Shown here in pieces: positions 58,044 to 64,000 of a DNA stretch of 64,000 bases (positions are counted from its first letter, which is position 1; the number at the start of each line of letters is the position of its first letter). Made by a program: the position numbers and the translations under genes. Source of the DNA: Lentisphaeria bacterium (GTDB lineage Bacteria; Verrucomicrobiota; Lentisphaeria; Victivallales; Victivallaceae). The stretch covers positions 13,165 through 77,164 of the forward strand of contig JABLYX010000019.1 of the NCBI GenBank assembly GCA_018265615.1, given 5' to 3'. Below the pieces are notes generated by a model. The model did no database searches and was not told the DNA's origin. It worked only from the letters and a program-made list of their open reading frames with translations.

Positions 58044-58577
58044 TCACTTCCACGCCTCGGAGAACTCGCGTTCACTGAACGCCTCGGCCAGCCCCCCGAT
58101 CTGGGAGAGGCGCAGCACCTCGTCCGGCTCCATGCCGAGGCTGCGGCCGATCTTCGCGTCGTTCCAGTTGCGCCGCTTCAGGTCGAGGATGATTTTACTC
58201 ATCTCCATGATCTGGTGTTTACCGCGGGCGCGGTTGTGCCGGACGGTTGCGGCCATCCGTTCGTTCCGGTCGTCCTCGCCGCGGTTCAGCACGACGCAGG
58301 GCAGATGGGTGAGCCCGAGCTTCCGGCCGACCTTGCTGCGGTGGAAGCCGTCCACGACTTCGAAGCGGCCGTCCTCACGCAGCCAGACCACGATCGGCTG
58401 CGTGAAGCCGTCCTCGCGGATCGAGAGCTCCAGCAGTTCCATTTCAGGAGGCGCCACGACATTCGGATTGTAGTCATTGGCCTCGATCTGCCCGACCGGG
58501 ATCCAGTAGATCCGGATGACCGGGTGCTCGTACGCCCACTCCGGAACCTTTTCGTAGCAACTCAGATCAACTGCCAT
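58044..58577 (-). CDS. ParB/sulfiredoxin-like nuclease-domain protein (IbrB / YbdM-like)
   Basis: 177 aa; ParB N-terminal-domain pattern (...DGFHR...RNRARGKHQI). It overlaps the upstream PAPS-reductase-like gene by 16 nt. Confidence 0.65.
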   Translation of the reverse strand: MAVDLSCYEKVPEWAYEHPVIRIYWIPVGQIEANDYNPNVVAPPEMELLELSIREDGFTQPIVVWLREDGRFEVVDGFHRSKVGRKLGLTHLPCVVLNRGEDDRNERMAATVRHNRARGKHQIMEMSKIILDLKRRNWNDAKIGRSLGMEPDEVLRLSQIGGLAEAFSEREFSEAWK

Positions 58578-59773
58578 AACTTCCTCCTTTGCGCCATGAG
58601 TTCACAATATCGCCGGTACGCCGCGGTCCTGGTCGGGGAGAAACAGAGCGTCCGGCACCAGTAATCGTTTTTGAGCAGGCACTTGCAGATGCGCCGCCAA
58701 CTGGGGACATCCTTCGACCCGGTGTCGCCCTGCTGCTCGTCCGGAATGCCCTCCGGGAACCCTCCTTTCGTGGTCCACCAGCGCAGGTATACTGCGATCT
58801 TGTTGCGGTAATGCTCGGCGGTGTTCCGGGGCATCGATTCAAGCAGCAGCATCGCAAAGCTTTTCCAGGTGTGGTTGTCCGGTTTGGAGATGCGGTAGTT
58901 GCCGAGCACGATCCCCCGCTCACGCGCATAGACCGAACCGAAATTCGCGCCGTTGACCCGGGCGACCATGCGTCCCCAGGTCTCCGGCTCGATGATCTGC
59001 CAGTAGTCGAGGGACTGGCGCTGCTCGTTCCCGAACGGCTCGCAGATCCGCATGCGGCTCAGCGGGACCCCCGCCTGGTAGAAGCGGTCGTAAAGCTTGT
59101 TGTAGATTTTACCGAACTTGCCGCAGTAGGTCCAGATGTCCTCGGTCGTCCAGTCGTAAAGCGGATACGCGTTGCAGAGCACATAGTTGAACAGCGTAGT
59201 CCAGCGCCTCCCCTTGCAGGTCCGTTTGACGCGGCCCGGCGCGACAGTCGCCCAGCGGTTCAGGGATTCGGCGGCGCGGATCCCGACGAAGCAGGCGGCC
59301 TTGCGCTTCCCGGCGTACCAGAAGCCGAATTCGACCACGAACTCCTCGAAAGTCATGCCGGGGACATAGAACGGAAAGTAGCGGCCATCCTTGATCGCGA
59401 TGTCCGGCTTTTTGCGGATCCACTCCTTGCCCTCCTCCCACGAGGTCCACTCCGGCTCGAAGACACTGACCGCATTCACGGTCCGCAGCGGAATGCAGCA
59501 CCAATAGGGCTCGACGACGTCGGAATATTCCTCGAACATCTCCGCGACATGGTCGATGGTCAGCTTATACTGACACTCCCAGTCGATGAAAAGCACTCCG
59601 AACTTCCGGCCGAGCTTCCGCGCGGCTTCCGCGCAAAGGTGGAACATGACGGTGCTGTCTTTCCCGCCGGAAAATGAAAGATAGACCTGAGAAAACTCTT
59701 CAAAAATCCATGCGATCCGGCTGCGGGCACCGACAAGCACATCATAACCGAGATAAGTCTTACCTCTGCCCAT
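58562..59773 (-). CDS. PAPS-reductase-like ATP-pyrophosphatase-family protein with a C-terminal DUF3440-like extension (IbrA / YbdN-like)
   Basis: PP-loop SFSGGKDSTVM near the N-terminus; PAPS reductase fold; ~160-aa C-terminal extension. Confidence 0.7.
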   Translation of the reverse strand: MGRGKTYLGYDVLVGARSRIAWIFEEFSQVYLSFSGGKDSTVMFHLCAEAARKLGRKFGVLFIDWECQYKLTIDHVAEMFEEYSDVVEPYWCCIPLRTVNAVSVFEPEWTSWEEGKEWIRKKPDIAIKDGRYFPFYVPGMTFEEFVVEFGFWYAGKRKAACFVGIRAAESLNRWATVAPGRVKRTCKGRRWTTLFNYVLCNAYPLYDWTTEDIWTYCGKFGKIYNKLYDRFYQAGVPLSRMRICEPFGNEQRQSLDYWQIIEPETWGRMVARVNGANFGSVYARERGIVLGNYRISKPDNHTWKSFAMLLLESMPRNTAEHYRNKIAVYLRWWTTKGGFPEGIPDEQQGDTGSKDVPSWRRICKCLLKNDYWCRTLCFSPTRTAAYRRYCELMAQRRKLWQLI

Positions 59774-59996
59774 TACGGCTCAGTCCCCTCTGTTCACCGA
59801 ATACTGAATACCCCACTCTTCAGTTTCTGCATTTTATTACTTTACCATGAAAAACTTTCCTTTTCAATAATTGCAACGAGTAAATTCATGAAAAAAACAA
59901 CCGGTTCCGCGTAACCATATTCTTTCTCCGCGGTCTTGCATTCCGCCGCAGCGCCCTTATATTAACGCATAACAACATTGACGAACGGAGTTTATC

Positions 59997-61484
59997 ATGT
60001 CGAAAGAATTCAAGAAACTGCTTACGCTGATCTACGAAATCCGCGATCTCGCCGCGGCGCTCGCGCTGCTGGAATGGGACATGCAGACTTACCTCCCATC
60101 CGGCGCCGCCGAGGGGCGCGGCAGGCAGATGGAGGCCCTCGCCGGGGTCATGCACGAAAAGCTCACAAGCCGCGCGTTCGCCGGAGCGCTCGCGGCGCTC
60201 GGCAAAACCGAATTCGAACCGGGCTCGTTCGAAGCGGCGCTGCTGCGCAAGGTCCGGCACGACTATGAGAAGGAACGGAAAATGCCGCCCCGGCTGGTCC
60301 GCGAGCTCGGAGCGGCGAGCTCCGCCGCCTACGGCGCATGGCTTCAGGCGCGCGAGGAGCAGAATTTCGCCCGGTTCGCGCCGAACCTCGAACGTCTGCT
60401 TGAGCTGCGCCGGGAACAGGCCGCCCTGCACGCGCCCGCCGGGCACCCGCTCGATCCGCTGCTGGACGATTACGAGGAGGGGCTGACCGTCGCGGAGATC
60501 GACCCGGTTTTCGCCGTCCTGCGGCGCGAGCAGACCACGCTGGTCCGCGAGGCGGTGAAGCGGGGACAGCCGGACGCGGCGTTCCTCCATGCCGCTTTTC
60601 CGCCGCAGAAGCAGTTGAAGCTCGCAGAGCAGGTCGCACGGAAGATCGGGTACGATTTCACACGCGGACGCATCGACCTGACCGAGCACCCGTTCACGAC
60701 GAGCTTCGGGCTCACGGATGTGCGGATCACGACAAAGGTGTTCCCGCAGCTGCCGCTGTCGTGCCTCTTCAGCACGATCCATGAGGCGGGACATGCGATC
60801 TACGAGCAGGGGATCGACCGGAAATTCGACCGCACGCCGCTGGCGGACGGCGCGTCGCTCGCGTTCCACGAGTCGCAGTCGCGGCTGTGGGAGAACCAGC
60901 TCGGCCGCAGCCTGCCGTTCTGGCGCTGGCTCTACCCCGTCATGCAGAAGAAATTCGCGGGGGAGCTCGGCGGAATCCCGCTTGAAACGTTCTATCGCGC
61001 GATGAACCGGGTCGAGCCGTCGCTGATCCGCATCGAGGCGGATGAAGCGACCTACAATCTGCACATCCTGCTGCGCTATGACCTCGAAAAATCGCTGTTC
61101 GACGGAACACTCTCCGTCGCGGAGCTGCCCGGGGCATGGAACGCGAAGATGAAGGAGTATCTCGGAATCACACCGCCGAACGACCGGCTCGGCGTCCTGC
61201 AGGATGTCCACTGGACCAGCGGCGGCTTCGGCTATTTCCCGACCTACGCGCTCGGAAACCTCATCGCCGCGCAGGTGTGGCAGCTCGCGCACGAAGCGAT
61301 CCCGGGGTTGGACGAGGAGTTCGCGGCAGGAAAATTCGATGCATTCCGCACCTTCCTGCGCGAAAATATTCACAGCTACGGTGCTTCGCTGCCGCCGAAG
61401 GAGCTGCTGCGCCGCCTCACAGGTTCGGACCGGATCAACCCCGCCCCGTTCCTCGCATACCTGCGGAGCAAATACCTCGCCTGA
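59997..61484 (+). CDS. M32-family carboxypeptidase (carboxypeptidase Taq-like)
   Basis: HEAGHAIYE zinc motif; conserved M32 segments (DYEKERKMP, HESQSRLWEN, IRIEADEATYNLHI). Confidence 0.9.
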   Translation: MSKEFKKLLTLIYEIRDLAAALALLEWDMQTYLPSGAAEGRGRQMEALAGVMHEKLTSRAFAGALAALGKTEFEPGSFEAALLRKVRHDYEKERKMPPRLVRELGAASSAAYGAWLQAREEQNFARFAPNLERLLELRREQAALHAPAGHPLDPLLDDYEEGLTVAEIDPVFAVLRREQTTLVREAVKRGQPDAAFLHAAFPPQKQLKLAEQVARKIGYDFTRGRIDLTEHPFTTSFGLTDVRITTKVFPQLPLSCLFSTIHEAGHAIYEQGIDRKFDRTPLADGASLAFHESQSRLWENQLGRSLPFWRWLYPVMQKKFAGELGGIPLETFYRAMNRVEPSLIRIEADEATYNLHILLRYDLEKSLFDGTLSVAELPGAWNAKMKEYLGITPPNDRLGVLQDVHWTSGGFGYFPTYALGNLIAAQVWQLAHEAIPGLDEEFAAGKFDAFRTFLRENIHSYGASLPPKELLRRLTGSDRINPAPFLAYLRSKYLA

Positions 61485-61520
61485 CGCCACTGCAATCTCG
61501 CTGAAACCGCCGCGGGACTC

Positions 61521-61544
61521 GGAGGGGGTACTTCGTCCCCCTCC
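61521..61544. terminator. Perfect 8-bp GC hairpin in the convergent intergenic region
   Basis: ggaggggg-tacttcgt-ccccctcc. Confidence 0.3.
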
Positions 61545-61581
61545 GAACCTCCCCCTGACCGGCAAGGTGCCGGTGCCGACG

Positions 61582-61606
61582 CCTCAAAAAGCTGCGCTTT
61601 TTGAGG
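61582..61606. terminator. Perfect 11-bp palindromic hairpin in the convergent intergenic region
   Basis: cctcaaaaagc-tgc-gctttttgagg. Confidence 0.35.
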
Positions 61607-61692
61607 CTGACTTTTACTTGGCTGAGTCATGCCGGGTCGTGTCTGCGCCAAATAACGCGAGAAGGCACAATTTTCTTATTCAGCGATAAGCC

Positions 61693-62259
61693 CTAAGCCT
61701 GACGCAGCAGGGCGAGCAGCTGCCGGAGCCATTCCGGGTGCGCGGGCCAGGCGGGGGCGGTCACGAAGTGGCCGTCCGTCACGGCGCCGGTCATCGGCAG
61801 TTCGACATAGGTTGCCCCGGCCATTTCGACTTCGGGTTTCACGGCCGGATACGCGCTGATTTTCCGCCCGGCGATGATTCCGGCGGCGGTCAGCAGCTGC
61901 GGACCGTGGCAGACCGCGGCGATCGGCTTCTTCTGCTGGTCGAACATCCGGATCATCTCAAGCACGCGGACATCGAGCCGCAGGTATTCCGGCGAACGCC
62001 CGCCCGGCAGCACGAGCGCGTCGAACTTCTTCACATCGACGAGGTTGAAGTCGCCGTTCAAAGTGAAGTTGTGCCCGCGCTTCTCGGAGTAGGTCATGTC
62101 GCCCTCGAAATCGTGAACCGCCGTGCGGATCACCTCCCCCGGCTTTTTGTCCGGCGCGACCGCGACGACCTCGCAGCCGGCCACCTGCAGCGCCTGGAAC
62201 GGCACCATCATTTCGTAATCCTCGACGAAATCACCGGCGATCATCAGAATTTTTTTCAT
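61693..62259 (-). CDS. DJ-1/PfpI-family protein (PfpI-type intracellular protease / glyoxalase III-like)
   Basis: MKKILMIAGDFVEDYE..., nucleophile elbow AAVCHGPQLL. Start set at the internal ATG; the tracked ORF adds 16 upstream codons. Confidence 0.85.
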   Translation of the reverse strand: MKKILMIAGDFVEDYEMMVPFQALQVAGCEVVAVAPDKKPGEVIRTAVHDFEGDMTYSEKRGHNFTLNGDFNLVDVKKFDALVLPGGRSPEYLRLDVRVLEMIRMFDQQKKPIAAVCHGPQLLTAAGIIAGRKISAYPAVKPEVEMAGATYVELPMTGAVTDGHFVTAPAWPAHPEWLRQLLALLRQA

Positions 62260-62285
62260 TGCGCTTTCCTCTTCGTTTTCGTATT

Positions 62286-63818
62286 TTACTCTCCGTCGGC
62301 ATACCACTCCGGGGTAATGCCGAGTTTTCCGATTTTGTAATGAATCACGCGCGGCGAGAGCCCGAGGCCCCGGGCGGCGGCCGACATGTTGCCGGAGTTC
62401 CGCTTCAGCGCCTCGACGATGAGCTCGCGCTCATAGGAATCCACCAGCGTGTTGAACGACGCCCTGCCGTCCGGCAGCAGCTCCGTGCCGGACTCCCCGC
62501 CGGTCTGCAGCGACGGCGGCAGGTTGTAGCCGTGGATGCACTCGTCCTGCGCGGTCAGCACCGCGCGTTCGACGCAGTTCTCAAGCTCGCGCACGTTGCC
62601 GGGCCAGTGGTAGGCCATAAGCATATTGATCGCGGGCGTCGAGAGCCGCGAAACCTTTTTGCCGTACTTCACGTTCATCTTTTCGATGAAGTGTTCGGCA
62701 AGCAGGATGATGTCGCTCTTTCGCTTCGCCAGATCCGGCATCACGATCGGAAAGATGTTCAGCCGGTAGTAAAGGTCCTCCCGGAACAGTTTTCTGCTCA
62801 TAAGCTCCTCGAGGTTCCGGCTCGTCGCGGCGAGGAAGCGCACGTCAGAACGCAGCTCGGCGTTGCTGCCGACCCGCGAAAATGTGCGCTCCTGGATGAA
62901 ACGCAGCAGCTTGACCTGCGTCTGCAGCGAAAGGTCGCCGATCTCATCGAGAAAGAGCGTGCCGCCGTCGGCCGCCTCGGCGCGCCCGATCCGGCGGCCC
63001 GTCGCACCCGTAAAGGCCCCCTTTTCGTGGCCGAAGAGTTCGCTCTCGACGAGGTTCTCCGGCAGCGCCGCGCAGTTCAGGCAGATGAACGGCTTCTCAC
63101 GCCGCCCCGAAAGGTTGACGATCGCGCGGGCGACCAGCTCCTTGCCGGTGCCGGAGCTGCCGCGGATCAGCACGGTCGCATCCGACGGCGCGACCTGCCG
63201 GACGAGCTCGTAGACCTGCTGCATCGCGCGGCAGTTGCCGACCATCTCGCCGGGATTCTCCGAGAGCATCTCGCGCAGCCTGCGGTTCTCTTCGAGCAGG
63301 CTTTCGCGCTCCTCGTGCTCCTTCCGCACGACGGCGACGGCTTCGGCCGTGATGTTGCCGATGATTTCGAGCAGCGCCATGTCGTTTTCCAGATCCGTAT
63401 CCGGCTCGATGAGCCGGTCGATGCTCAGGGTGCCGATCACCTGCTCGAGATGGATGATCGGTACGCAGATGAAGGCGACGGGCTGTTTGCGGTCGCGCGA
63501 CCTCGTGCGGTTCAGGAAACGGCTGTCGCGGCGGATGTCCGGAATCAGGTGCGGGCGGCCGGTTTCGGCCACGTGCCCGGTGATCCCCTCCCCGATATGG
63601 TATCGGCCGAGCTGCTTCTCCGCCTCGTCGAGCCCCTGCGAGGCTTCGATGGCCAGCGTGTCGCCCTGCAGCAGCGTAAAGGTTCCGCGCAGCATGCCCA
63701 TGCGGCGGTTCAACACGTCGAGGACCTTGTTGAGGAGCGCATCGACGTTGCGCTCGTGCACGATCGCCGAGCTGATCTCCTGCAAAACGGTGATTTCGGA
63801 CTTCAGTTGTTCATCCAT
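62286..63818 (-). CDS. Sigma-54-dependent Fis-family transcriptional activator with an N-terminal GAF domain
   Basis: GAF sensor, AAA+ sigma54-interaction domain ([29 protein letters not shown]), C-terminal Fis-type HTH ([18 protein letters not shown]). Confidence 0.85.
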   Translation of the reverse strand: MDEQLKSEITVLQEISSAIVHERNVDALLNKVLDVLNRRMGMLRGTFTLLQGDTLAIEASQGLDEAEKQLGRYHIGEGITGHVAETGRPHLIPDIRRDSRFLNRTRSRDRKQPVAFICVPIIHLEQVIGTLSIDRLIEPDTDLENDMALLEIIGNITAEAVAVVRKEHEERESLLEENRRLREMLSENPGEMVGNCRAMQQVYELVRQVAPSDATVLIRGSSGTGKELVARAIVNLSGRREKPFICLNCAALPENLVESELFGHEKGAFTGATGRRIGRAEAADGGTLFLDEIGDLSLQTQVKLLRFIQERTFSRVGSNAELRSDVRFLAATSRNLEELMSRKLFREDLYYRLNIFPIVMPDLAKRKSDIILLAEHFIEKMNVKYGKKVSRLSTPAINMLMAYHWPGNVRELENCVERAVLTAQDECIHGYNLPPSLQTGGESGTELLPDGRASFNTLVDSYERELIVEALKRNSGNMSAAARGLGLSPRVIHYKIGKLGITPEWYADGE

Positions 63819-63828
63819 TGTCGCTCCT

Positions 63829-64000
63829 CAGGCGAAAAGCTCCGTGCTCCGGATGCGTTCCACCGCTTCAGCCGTGCGCTCCCGTCCGCCGAAAGCGGTC
63901 AGCCGGAAATATCCCTCGCCGCCCGGGCCGAACCCGACGCCGGGGGTTCCGACCACCCGGCACCGTTCCAGTAATGTATCAGAAAAACGCATGGAGTCAA
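63829..64000 (-). CDS. 3' end of a class I/II PLP-dependent aminotransferase gene; 5' end lies outside the window
   Basis: Reverse-strand translation ends ...[41 protein letters not shown], a typical aminotransferase C-terminus. Confidence 0.55.

Noticed and set aside
59886-61565. 559-aa minus-strand ORF opposite the M32 carboxypeptidase
   Set aside because: The plus strand carries the HEAGH zinc motif and M32 family blocks; the antisense frame is an Arg-rich artefact.
62259-63974. 571-aa plus-strand ORF overlapping the sigma-54 activator gene
   Set aside because: The minus strand encodes a canonical GAF-AAA+-Fis regulator with every signature motif; the plus-strand product has no recognisable features.
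1-64000. Searched for tRNA, rRNA, CRISPR repeats and transposase/integrase genes that might delimit the low-GC island
   Set aside because: No cloverleaf-like conserved tRNA boxes, no regularly spaced direct repeats, and no protein with DDE/tyrosine-recombinase motifs were seen. The island boundaries at ~47.9 kb and ~53.0 kb show no flanking direct repeats detectable by eye.

Overview
This window reads as high-GC (~65%) bacterial chromosome, densely coding on both strands. The gene content points to a PVC-superphylum organism, most likely Lentisphaerae, Planctomycetes or Verrucomicrobia. The cues are a DUF1559 'prepilin-type' protein carrying the N-terminal [16 protein letters not shown] motif, secreted glycoside hydrolases with discoidin domains, and an apolipoprotein N-acyltransferase (Lnt) that implies a diderm envelope. 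No rRNA, tRNA, CRISPR array or obvious IS/transposase was recognised. The first ~22 kb is a housekeeping block: hybrid sensor kinase, tandem-fused PilT ATPase, dut, flavodoxin, HIT, lnt, nadB, a pcnB-like gene and an aldo/keto reductase. Next come efflux genes (MATE-MFS translationally coupled, MarR, a second MATE) and a LacI-headed glycan-utilisation locus with a 1255-aa discoidin-bearing clan GH-A hydrolase, a DUF1559 protein and a GH130 enzyme. Three tandem paralogous zinc-ribbon membrane proteins follow on the minus strand; the third is disrupted at a G8 homopolymer. After them sits an NfeD/flotillin operon. The most striking segment is ~43.4-53.0 kb, a sugar-modification cluster whose GC falls stepwise from ~65% to ~35%. 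It encodes FdtA/FdtB/FdtC-like dTDP-3-amino-3,6-dideoxyhexose enzymes, an acyl-ACP module (KAS III-like, ACP, SDR, GNAT), and a GtrA / GtrB-like GT2 / 1105-aa YfhO-like GT-C trio. That segment looks horizontally acquired. Further accessory candidates are an IbrA/IbrB-like PAPS-reductase + ParB-like pair, a bacterial LIM-like zinc-finger + DA1-like metallopeptidase protein, and a 32-aa highly basic ORF. Many long antisense ORFs in the six-frame track are treated as high-GC artefacts. Coordinates include stop codons; starts refined by hand may be off by a few nucleotides.
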